A DNA stretch of 64,000 nt from the human T2T-CHM13v2.0 reference genome, Homo sapiens. The stretch lies in the NCBI RefSeq assembly GCF_009914755.1, contig NC_060940.1. One strand, given 5' to 3'. Both the position numbers and the translations under genes were made by a program. How positions within the stretch are numbered: position 1 is the first letter of the stretch; each line of letters begins with the position of its first letter. The notes below the pieces were generated by a model. That model saw only the letters and a program-made list of their open reading frames with translations, made no database searches and was not told the origin of the DNA. This document shows, in pieces, positions 16,645 to 44,180 of this stretch.

Positions 16645-18308
16645 TGTTATGGGATCCTTGAGGTGTCACTTTGCCAGCCGAAAACCCCTGTGGCTAGTGG
16701 CACCTTTGCCCACAGCCCTCTGGGGCCACTTGGCCTGGCAAGCTGCATTCGGCTCGTGCAACTGGCCTGGATCCCATGCCTGCAAAGGGTGAGCAGAGTG
16801 GGAAGGGGTGTGTGAGTGAGTGAGCGTGGGGTCCAGCCACTGCTCACAGCCAGGCACGCTGGCTATGGAGGGTCTGGCAGCTCTAGGCACCAGCATGGGT
16901 GGTGGCGCCCTGTGAGGCTGCAGCTGGACCAGGGATACCGCAGGCAGCTTCCATGGCTGGCACTGGGGAACATGGTGGCTCCTAGAAACTTGAGATGCCA
17001 GGAACCTCAGAGCCCCAAAGAGGGTGTCACAGCCCTGGCTCAGAGAGCTCCTAGGTCTGGGCTTCCTGAAGGCCGCAGCTCTTCTCTCCTTGTTGCTGCC
17101 AACATAGCGAGCAGGGGGCCTGTTTCAACCCTGTTTGTATTACAACTCTTTCAGCCCCACTGAGTTCTTGTCCTGTGCCCAGGAAGAATGAGGTACACGG
17201 ACAAATGGAGGGTGAGCGGGATGAAGAGGAGCTTTTTTGAGCAATAGAAGAGCTCAGAGAAGACCCACAGAGGGTAGCTCCTCTCTGCAGCCAGGGTGTC
17301 CCAAGTGTTCAGCCCTCAGCAGAGAGGAAACTCTAGAATGGGTAGCTCCTCTCCACAGGCAGGTTGTCCTGTTGTCTTCTCAGCCCTCAGCAGAGAGGAG
17401 ACCCTGGGGTGGGTAGCTCCTCTCCACAGCTGGTCATCCTGTTTTCTCTTTTTGAGTATGGATGAGTCCAGGTTTTATATGGGCTTCAGAGGAGAGAAAG
17501 TGCATGCTGACTGGTCCATGGGGGGGCCATGGGTGGGCCCAGAAAAAGCACCGTAAGTTCGCACTCTGGTCTGTGGGACTGGCAGCCCAGCCCCCAGACT
17601 TCAGGCCTTCTCCACCCTGAAGGTGGGGCTTCACTGGCAACCCACCTCTTTCCGCCCAGGAACCTGTCTGCCTCCTGTTGCTGTTCATGGTGCCCAGGTT
17701 GTTTCTGTCAAGGGGCGCCTGCAAACCAGGGCTGAGCTGCCCTCAGCCCTACCTCGACCTCCCTCCCATGCTCATCAGTGCCCAAAGTCTGGAGGGGGCT
17801 GAGGCGGCAGGGGTCTGGTGTGTCAGCACTGCCCCAAGCATATACACACCCGGCTGGGTTGCAACATCACCCAGACTCAGCCTCAACCTCGCTCCAAGAT
17901 TGAAATGGGCACCAGGAGCAGGGAGGGGCCAGACACTGGGAGCAAGCATCTCTGAGCTGTTGCGGGAGGGGGGCTTCCTGGGTCTCTCTTCCTAGGCAGA
18001 GATGCCTAGGTCAGCAGCCATCGTTTGAGTGGCTGTAGCTGCACCCAGGATGGTGGGGCTTCTTCCTGCTACCGCCCCTCTCCCCCCGCCAAGAGCGCAG
18101 GGATGCCCGGGTCAGCAGCTGCAGCTGGGTGGCCACAACTGCACCCAGGAAGTGCAAGGCTCCCGCCCTGCCAATTCAGAAGGTGGCGGGGCTTCCACCT
18201 GTTCCCAGCTCCCACCAGCTCTGTGGAGCACGCAGTCTTGGCTGCACCTCGCCCACTGCAGCCAGGGTCATGGCAGTGGCCACTCTAGATGGGCAACCAC
18301 TGCCATCA
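16645..18308 (-). mobile_element. MER52-family (ERV1) solo LTR
   Basis: Minus strand TGATGGCAG...GGATCCCATAACA termini; 1664-bp GC-rich block; 4-bp TSD atat/atag. Confidence 0.8.
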
Positions 18309-18467
18309 ATAGTTGCTTGTTTTTTATTAAGGTATTTCTGAATTTATTACCTTTTTGGCAATCCCCTTGCAATAGGGATCCAACCAATATCAATATCCAG
18401 TGAAGGGATGATCATTAATTGCAAATGGCTGGTTCTTTTAGGGTTTTTAAATTTTATTTTTGTTTGA

Positions 18468-19920
<1,453 letters not shown>

Positions 19921-20507
19921 TTTTAGTACTTGTTTTGATCCCCACATGATGGCAGAGGATCAAGTGAGATGCATGTGAGAACCATTGTAAAGCAGAAGTT
20001 CTATGAATGTCAGAGTCATGATTTCTGGTATATGATGCAACATGTAAAACCAGATGACTTGGTAGGCTTCGGATCAGGGATCCCCAAGTCAATACTTAAT
20101 TAGGCCCTAGGGCTTTGTTTTTTGTTTTAGTTACTTAATTTTGAATAGGTAATAAATACACAGTGAAAAACATTCAAAAGACATAAAAAAGTATATAGTA
20201 AAAAGTAAACTTCCTAATTCTGTCGCTTAGTCACCTAATTTTCCTTCCCAGCAGTGACTCTAACATAGTTTCTTGTGCCTCTTCCCAAAGATATTCATAT
20301 TATACAGAAGCAAAACGTGTATGTGTATACATATATATATGTCTACACGTACACACAGACATACACGATATTTTATATGAACTGCCTTCCTTGGCATTTG
20401 AGTTTGCCCCTCAGCTTACGCTGTAGTTGTGTAACCTAGCATGAAGGCCTGTCATGATAATTTTATGTATTGTATAATAATATTTGCTTTAATCATTTTC
20501 TTTTCAG

Positions 20508-21515
20508 TTTTGATGAAGCAAGAACACAGAGAAGAGATTGATTTGTCTTCAGTTCCATCTTTGCCTGTGCCTCATCCTGCTCAGACCCAGAGGCCTTCCT
20601 CTGATTCAGGGTGTTCACATGACAGTGTACTGTCAGGACAGAGAAGTTTGATTTGCTCCATCCCACAAACATATGCATCCATGGTGACCTCATCCCATCT
20701 GCCACAGTTGCAGTGTAGAGATGAGAGTGTTAGTAAAGAACAGCATATGATTCCTTCTCCAATTGTACACCAGCCTTTTCAAGTCACACCAACACCTCCT
20801 GTGGGGTCTTCCTATCAGCCTATGCAAACTAATGTTGTGTACAATGGACCAACTTGTCTTCCTATTAATGCTGCCTCTAGTCAAGAATTTGATTCAGTTT
20901 TGTTTCAGCAGGATGCAACTCTTTCTGGTTTAGTGAATCTTGGCTGTCAACCACTGTCATCCATACCATTTCATTCTTCAAATTCAGGCTCAACAGGACA
21001 TCTCTTAGCCCATACACCTCATTCTGTGCATACCCTGCCTCATCTGCAATCAATGGGATATCATTGTTCAAATACAGGACAAAGATCTCTTTCTTCTCCA
21101 GTGGCTGACCAGATTACAGGTCAGCCTTCGTCTCAGTTACAACCTATTACATATGGTCCTTCACATTCAGGGTCTGCTACAACAGCTTCCCCAGCAGCTT
21201 CTCATCCCTTGGCTAGTTCACCGCTTTCTGGGCCACCATCTCCTCAGCTTCAGCCTATGCCTTACCAATCTCCTAGCTCAGGAACTGCCTCATCACCGTC
21301 TCCAGCCACCAGAATGCATTCTGGACAGCACTCAACTCAAGCACAAAGTACGGGCCAGGGGGGTCTTTCTGCACCTTCATCCTTAATATGTCACAGTTTG
21401 TGTGATCCAGCGTCATTTCCACCTGATGGGGCAACTGTGAGCATTAAACCTGAACCAGAAGATCGAGAGCCTAACTTTGCAACCATTGGTCTGCAGGACA
21501 TCACTTTAGATGATG
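20508..21515 (+). CDS. NFATC3: NFATC3 exon 9 (1008 nt), Ser/Pro/Gln-rich C-terminal region
   Basis: ttttcag|TTTTGATGAAG...GATGATG|gtaagt; [10 protein letters not shown]...[24 protein letters not shown]; matches ORF 20441..21547. Confidence 0.98.
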
Positions 21516-21547
21516 GTAAGTTCATCTCTGATATGTTCTTGAAGTAG
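21516..21547 (+). CDS. NFATC3: Exon-9 read-through C-terminus [10 protein letters not shown]
   Basis: Frame stays open past the donor to TAG at 21545-21547; recalled as an annotated NFATC3 isoform end. Confidence 0.7.
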
Positions 21548-21745
21548 TGAAGATTCAGGGACTTTATTCTCCCAAGTGTCATGAAAAAGTTTCTATGGAT
21601 TGCTTATTGGCATATGGTTGGGCTTTTAAATAAGTTGTTATTAGAAATATATGTTAATATATAACTTTGCCAGGTACCACGGCTCACGCCTGTATCCCAG
21701 CACTTTGGAAGGCTGAGGCGGGTGGATCACAAGGTCAGGAGTTCA

Positions 21746-22461
<716 letters not shown>

Positions 22462-22526
22462 TTAGCCAGGCATAGTGATGTGGCCCTGTAGTCCTAGCTA
22501 GCCAGGAGGCTGAGGTGGGAGGATCA

Positions 22527-22649
<123 letters not shown>

Positions 22650-22717
22650 TCACAGGAAGGATTCAGCAAGTCTTCTGTGAGTAGGTGACATTTGAGCCAA
22701 GTTTTGGAGGATGAGTA

Positions 22718-23022
22718 CAGTTGGCTTTCTGTATGCATGGGTTCCACACCTTGGATTCAACCATCTGTGGATTGAAAATATCTAGGGGGAAGAAAATGGA
22801 TGGTTGCATCTGTATTGAACGTGTACAAACAGACTTTTTTTTTTCTTGTCTTATTCCCTAAACAATATAATATTACAACTGTTCCCATTAGCATTTACAT
22901 TGTATTTGGTATTATAAATAATGTAGATATGATTTAAAGGGGGTATGTGGATAGATTATGTGCAAATAGTACACTGTTTTATATAAGGGACTTGCGCATT
23001 CATGGATTTTGGTATGGGGGGG
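22718..23022 (-). mobile_element. Tigger3a/MER2-type DNA transposon relic
   Basis: Minus strand reads ataccaaaatccatgaatgcgcaagtcccttatataaaac, close to the MER2-group consensus. Confidence 0.7.
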
Positions 23023-23039
23023 TTGTATGGTATGGACAT

Positions 23040-23558
<519 letters not shown>

Positions 23559-24693
23559 GTATGTTTTCAGTAAATGAACATCAGAGGCAAGTCAGATAAC
23601 ACAGCAGAAATAGAGAAGAAGGGTATGTTTGTCAGGGAAGGATATGTCTGTGGTGGGGTGAGGTATGGGGTCCGGGGTGGGGGATGGGGGTGATTGGTAT
23701 GGTACAGGATGGTTTTAAAGCCATGAGGGGACATGCCAGGTCATTTGTGTGTAAACAGAAGGTATATGTGTAAACTAGAGCAACACCTAAAATTGCATAG
23801 CATTTTTCTATTTATTATCTAATCTAATCGTTACCATTCCTCAAACTCTGAGGTAGATAGTGACATTTATAGAGTTGGACTTTTGAAAAATCACACAACT
23901 AGTAAGCAGCAGAACTGAGACTGGTTCAATCCAGTCTTTTTCTTGTGGCACTACAGCTGCCTCTCAGAAACAGCAGGCCATGGTGGTTAGAACAGAACTC
24001 TCTACTAAACGGAATCCCTCAAGGTTTTTCTAATTCCTGGAGAATATTCTCCAGAAATGCATGTGCACAATTTCACTGCGTTAACCCATGTTCACAACTG
24101 CATCTGATCTGTTACACTGTTTGGTGTACTTGAGCACTCTGGTATTTAAGCATTTTGCTGCTGTTCTCTGTGCACAGCTGGCATAAGTGTCACTCCCTAC
24201 TAAATGATGAAACCAAAAGGTAGAGAGCAGGCTGCTACTTTTATGCAAAACAGATTTGAAATAAAGGCTTACGCAAATATTGGCTTTAAAAATGTTGCCT
24301 GTTTCTTTTAGCAGTTTTAGACTAACTCTTCACATTGCTTTTTACCCTGAAACAAGGACTGAGACCTTGAGTCACTCATTTGTGATATAACTGAAGATAG
24401 GAGATTTATTGAGACTTTAAGAGCACTTCAGCTCATTTTTTTTAACCAATGAAGATATTTTTTCCTTCTAAAAAGAGCCCAAAGCTAGAACCTGCTCTTT
24501 CTAATTTACCACAGGTTGAGAGATTTGGGGGTAGAGGGTCGGATAGGCAACAAATCAGATCTCTAGAAAGATTTTGGGAAAATGTATTTCATTATTTGAA
24601 TATATTAAGATTTGTTGCAAAAACAGAAGATCTGGAAAGGTGAGGTCTGTGAGGGCAACTGTAAAAGCAATTTTATTTTTGCTCCCTTTATTA

Positions 24694-35740
<11,047 letters not shown>

Positions 35741-36843
35741 ATCTATGATCTCTTTCATATTTGCTTACTTTTCTATTAGATTGTTGATCCTTCCTCTTAC
35801 TGATTTATAGAAGCCCTTTGTTAGGTGCATTAGCTCATTGAGGTATGAGTTGAATGTATCCAGATTTATAAATTTTAAAAGAGGGATTTACAAAAGTCCT
35901 CTAAGTCTTGCTTTAAGTTAATGGTTAGAGCTGTGAAAACCTAATTAAGTCATTTCACACAATGTTCTCCCATGAGAAAATCCAAAGTTTGTTTAAAATT
36001 CAAAATTTACCATTTTAATCATTTTAAGTGTATAGCTAAGTGGCATTAAATACATTCACAATATTGTATAACCACCACCACTTTCTATTTCCAGAAGTTT
36101 TTCATCACCCAAACTACAACTCTATTAAAGTAATAACTACTCATTTCCTTCCCGTCCTCCCAGCCCCTGGTAACCTGTACTCTGCTTTCTGTCTCTATGA
36201 ATTTCCCTACTCTAGATACTTCATATAAGTGGGATTACACAATGTTTTTCCTTTTTTGTCTGGCTTATTTCACTTAGCATAATGTTTTCAAGGCTCATCC
36301 ATATTGTAAGCATACGGAGGAATAATCTATTGGAATATTTTTATATAGCATATTATTTACATATAATATTCCATATGGAGGAATAATATTCAATTTTTTG
36401 TGTACACCACATCTTGTTTATCCATTCATCTGGTGAAAAATAATTTGGGCCTAGGCACAGTAGCTCACGTCTCTAATCCCAGCACATTGGGAAGCTGAGG
36501 TGGGTGGATTGCCTGAGCCCAGAAGATCAGGACCAGCCTGGGCAACATGGCGAGACCCCATGTCTATAAAAAATTTAAAAATTAGTTGGGCGTGGTGGTG
36601 TGCGCCTGTAGTTCTAGCTACTCAGGAGGCTGAGATGAGAGGATCACCTGAGCTTAGGAGATGGAGGTTGCAGTGAGCTGAGATTGCACCATGCACTCCA
36701 ACCCGGGCAACAGAGACCCTGTCTCAAAAAAAGTTGATGAACGCATACATATTAAAAAAAAAAAAAAAAAAAGATGGACAGGGCTCGGTGGCTCACGCCT
36801 GTAATCCCAGCACCTGGGAGGCTGAGGCAGGTGGATCACCTCA

Positions 36844-37056
<213 letters not shown>

Positions 37057-37145
37057 TCAAAAAAAAAAAAAAGATAATTTGTATTGTTTCCCTCTCGGCT
37101 GTTGGGAATAATGCTGCTGTGAACACTGGCATACATACTGTTTGA

Positions 37146-37424
<279 letters not shown>

Positions 37425-38175
37425 TGATCTGTCTTCTGACCTCAGGTCACCCACCCTCCTCAGCCTCCCAAAGTGCTGGGATTGCAGGCGTGAGCCACCA
37501 AGCCCAGCCTCCATGTTCAACTTTTTGAGGAACCACTATTTTTTTTAATCCTACAGCAGCCACACCATTTTACATTTACAATGTATAAGGCTTTCAGTTT
37601 CTTTATACCCTTGCCAACACATGTTATTTTCCATTTTTAAAATAATAGCCATCCTACTGGGTATTAAGTTATATTCATTATAATTTTGATTTGCATTTCC
37701 CTATTGACTAATGGTGTTGAGCATCTTTTCATGTGCCTGTTGTCCATTTGTATATTTTCTTGTCTATCCAAATCCTTTATTTTATTTATTTATTTATTTT
37801 TGAGACGGAATCTGGCTGTGTCACCCAAGCTGGAGTGTAGTGGCATGACCTTGGCTCACTGCAGCCTCCACCTCCCAAGTTCAAGCGATTCTCCTGCCTC
37901 AGCCTCCTGAGTAGCTGGGTTTACAGGCTCACACCACCACGCCTGGCTAATTTTTTGTATTTTTATTAGAGATGGGGTTTCTCCATATTAGTCAGGCTGG
38001 TCTCAAACTCCTGACCTCAGGTGAGCCACCCGCCTTAGCCTCCCAAAGTGCAGGGTTATAGGCATGAGCCACCATGCCCGGTCTAGTTTTCAATGTAGAA
38101 ATCTTATGCCTCTTTGGTTAATTCCTAAGTATTTTATTCTTTTTGATGCCACTGTAAATAGAATTGTTTTTCTTA

Positions 38176-38509
<334 letters not shown>

Positions 38510-39129
38510 TTAATTTTTTTTGGACCTTTCATTCCAAGTATATAGAAGTACAACTGAATATTGTGTGTTGATTCTATATTCTGCCACTTTGGTGACTTTA
38601 TTTGTTAGTGCTAACATTTTTTTGTCTGTGTGGATTCTTTAGAGTTTTATGTTTATACTATCATGCCATTCGTGAATAGAGATAATTTTCTCTCTTCCTT
38701 TTTAATTTGGATGGGCTTTATGTATTTATTTATTTTTCTAACCTAATTGCTCTGGCTAGAACTTCTAGTGGTAGGCTAGTAGAAGTGGTGAAAGAGTGGG
38801 CATCTTTGCTTTGTTTGTGATCTTAGGGGGAAAGCTTTTGTTCTTTGTTGATAATGATAGGAACTAACAGTTTTTCATATATGGCCTTTTTCATATTGAG
38901 GAAATTCCTTCTATTCTTTGTTTATTGAATGTTTTCATCTTGAAAGAGCATTGAATTTTGATAAATGAGTTGGGCACGGTGGCTCACGCCTGTGATACCA
39001 GCACTTTGGGAGGCTGAGGCGGGCAGATAGCTAGAACCCAGGAGGTGGAGGCTGCAGTGAGCCGTGATTGGGATGCTACTGCACTCCAGCCTGGGCAACA
39101 GAGTGAGACCGTCTCAAAGAAAAAGAGTT

Positions 39130-39570
39130 CTTTCCCTGCCACTGCTGAGTTGAGTGGAGGCAGAGGCTTGGGTGCATTCAAGATTCAGCTTCACCCGTAG
39201 ACCACCACCATGGCCACGGAAGGTGTTGCTGCTGGAGGTGTGGTGGCTGTTAATACTGCTTTACAAGAGGTGTTGAAGACTGTCCTCACCCATGATGGCC
39301 TAGCACGTGGAATTTGCAAAGCTGCTGAAGGGTCAGGCCCATCTTTTGTGTGTTTGCATCCAACTGTGATGAGCCTATGTCAAGTTCATAGAGGTTCTTT
39401 GTGCTGAACACCAAATCAACCTACTTAAGGTTGATGACAAGAAGCTAGGGGGAATGGTTAGGTCTCTGTAAAATTGACAGAGAGGGGAAACCCCGTAAAG
39501 TGGTTCGTTGCAGTTGTGTAGTAGTTGAAGTACTTCAAATGCAAGAAATGAACGAATAAAACTCTGGCTA
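39130..39570 (+). pseudogene. RPS12 processed pseudogene
   Basis: 5'TOP ctttccc; ATG at 39210; [30 protein letters not shown]; frameshifts and deletions; later [22 protein letters not shown] and YFKCKK*; AATAAA at 39555; intronless. Confidence 0.93.
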
Positions 39571-39586
39571 ACCCCCCTGCCCCCCA

Positions 39587-39632
39587 ACACACACACAGAC
39601 ACACACACACACACACTCACAGTCACACTCAC
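39587..39632. repeat. (CA)n microsatellite
   Basis: Directly visible after the RPS12 pseudogene. Confidence 0.9.
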
Positions 39633-39750
39633 TCTGGGCATGTTGGCTCAATCCTGTAGTCCTAGCACTTTGGGAGGCCGAGGTGGGCAGATTGCTCGAG
39701 CCCAAGAGTTCAAGACCAGCCTGGGCAACATGAAATCCCATCTCTGCTAA

Positions 39751-40280
<530 letters not shown>

Positions 40281-40478
40281 TTAAATTAATTTTTGTAGAG
40301 GTAGGGTCTTGCCATGTTGCCCATGCCAGTCAGGAGTATGTTTTTTTTTCTTTTGTTCAACTAATTTGGCATATTACTTTAATTGATTTTCATTTGTTGA
40401 ATCATCCTTGCATTCTGGGAATAAAACTCACTTGGTCTTAATGTATCATCCTTTTAATATGCTGCTGAATTGTGTTAG

Positions 40479-40766
<288 letters not shown>

Positions 40767-40876
40767 TGATCCACCCACCTTAGCCTCCCAGGTGTAAGCC
40801 ACTGTGCCTAGCCTTTTCTTTTCTTATAGTATCTTTTTCTGGCTTTGTGTCAGAGTAAATTCTGGCCTCATAATGA

Positions 40877-41170
<294 letters not shown>

Positions 41171-42456
41171 TGATCCTCCCGCCTCGGCCTCCCAAAGTGC
41201 TGGGATTACAGGCGTGAGCCACTGTGCCCGGCTGAAACTCTTCTTCTGTAAATGTTTTTTGTTGTTGTTGTTGTTGTTGTTGTTGTTTGAGTCGGAGTCT
41301 CACCCTGTTGCCCAGTCTGGAGTGCAATGGCATGATCTCAGCTCACTGCAACTTCCGCCTCCCAGGTTCAAGCAATTCTCCTGCCTCAGCTTCCTGAGTA
41401 GCTGGGATTACAGGCATCTACCACACGCCCAGCTAATTTTTGTGTTTTTAGTAGAGACGGGGTTTCACCATGCTGGCCAGGCTGGTCTCGAACTCCTGAC
41501 CTCAGGTGATCTACCCGCCTTGGCCTCCCAAAGTGCTGGGATTACAGGCATGAGGCACCGTGCCCGGCACACTTTTGTAAATGTTTGGTCAAAGTTCTTG
41601 TGATCAGGAGAGATGAATGAGGTATATTTTGGAGCTCACGAAAGTGCTTCAAGGAACTAGAAGGATTTCTGGAGCACTGCAAGTTTCTGTAAAGCACAAT
41701 CTGAAAGTACCACTGAATTCATCCACTCACAAAAGCTCCCATAGTGTGTGTTGGCCTCTTGCTTTGTTCCTGGGATGCTTTCTTATGATTTTTATGCTGC
41801 TGTACCTGTAATCACATGTTCTATACCTTCAAGTCTGTTTTGGAGGATTCAGTTGTGGAGATTGGGAACCCCCAGAAAGAGTATTTTGATATTTTCAGTA
41901 TTTAAAATACTTTGCACACACTGTAATCTTTAAATCACCTCTGAAAACTAGGTGAGTGATCTCAAATAATAAACAAGCTTAAGTCAGAAAAATTTTGCTT
42001 AACCAAAGGATTTCTGGATTTTGTTTTGTTTTGACCCCTATAGTGAGGGTGCATTTTGTACAGATTGACTCTTCCTTTGTTTTTCTTTTTTTATCTGCTT
42101 AAAAGGAAGGTATTAGTTAGTGTTCATAGAGACTACATGCAGATTTTTCCCTTCTAAGTAGGTTAGGTCCTTTTACTTGAAGTTGTACAACAGAGGCCAA
42201 GAATAATTCCTTATAGGCAAAAAGATGAGAGTTGTTGTTGTTGTTGTTGTTTGAGTCGGAGTCTCACTATTTCGTTATTGTGTTTTTGACTCTTGGGGCA
42301 TCTGAATGCTTTAGCCAGTACTGCAAAACTGACCAGTGGTGACTCTTCTTTTGTGCAGTGACTTTCAAACATTTTTGACAGCTTCCTACAATAAAATACA
42401 AGGATTATGTTGTGACCCAGTACACAAAAAATACATACATATACAACTAATGTTAA

Positions 42457-42783
<327 letters not shown>

Positions 42784-43326
42784 TGATCCACCCGCCTCAG
42801 CCTCCCAAAGTGCTGGGATTACAGGTGTGAGCCACCATGCCCGGCCTGTTTCTTTCTCTTCTTTAAAATACTAGTTTCAGGGGCCGGGTGCAGTGGCTCA
42901 CGCCTATAATCCCAGCACTTTGGGAGGCCGAGGTGGGTGGATCACAAGGTCAGGAGATCAAGACCATCCTGGCTAAGAAGGTGAAACCCTGTCTCTACTA
43001 AAAATACAAAAAATTAGCCGGGCGTGGTGGCGGGCACCTGTGGTCCCAGGTACTCAGGAGGCTGAGGCAGGAGAATGGCGTGAACTCAGGAGGTGGAGCT
43101 TGCAGCGAGCCAAGATGGTGCCACTGCACTCCAGCCTGGGCGACAGAGCAAGACTCTGTCTCAAAAAATAAATAAATAAATAAATAAAAATTAAAAAAAA
43201 TAAAAATTAAAAAAAAAATACTAGTTTCAACTTGCTGAATTGATTTCATAAATTTCTAATGGATGTGAACTTTAGTTTAAAAAATACTCCTCCAGGCGGG
43301 CATGGTGGCTTACGCCTGTAATCCTA

Positions 43327-43695
<369 letters not shown>

Positions 43696-44076
43696 TTATA
43701 TTTTTATCAGTTGCCCAGATAATTTTGATGTAGCCTTAGCCAAGTATTTGGGAACTACTAATAGATATAATGTAATAAAAACTAGTTTATTTAAAGCTGA
43801 ATTTATCCCTTAAAACCACTGAAAACCATAATTGTAACTCTTAAAGTTATTGCCCTTCAAATTTTTAAAAGAATCATCTTAGTACCTGAGCTATCTGAAC
43901 TCCAGTATTTATTTTATCTAATAAAATGTGGAGAGCCATTTTATGCAGTGATTGACAAGTAAAAGACAGTTAAATTCCTTTTGATTATAGAAAAAAAACA
44001 GGCTGGGCACTGTAGTAGATTAAGTTCACCCTCTGGTTTGTTCCATTCAGTAGTGATGTTGTCTTCTTTGACACAG

Positions 44077-44180
44077 ACCAATTTATATCTGACTTGGAAC
44101 ACCAGCCATCAGGTTCAGCAGAGAAATGGCCTAACCACAGTGTGCTCTCATGTCCAGCTCCTTTCTGGAGAATCTAGAGG
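44077..44180 (+). CDS. NFATC3: NFATC3 alternative cassette exon A, DQFISDLEHQPSGSAEKWPNHSVLSCPAPFWRI*
   Basis: ttctttgacacag|ACCAATTT...TAGAGG|gtgagt; 104 nt; phase-1 entry; stop at 44175-44177. Confidence 0.9.

Noticed and set aside
16647-18403. Cluster of overlapping ORFs in a GC-rich block resembling a gene or CpG island
   Set aside because: All lie within the MER52 LTR; no gag/pol/env similarity seen
20441-20507. Hydrophobic N-terminal extension ([22 protein letters not shown]) of the 368-aa ORF
   Set aside because: It is the T-rich intron end upstream of the exon 9 acceptor
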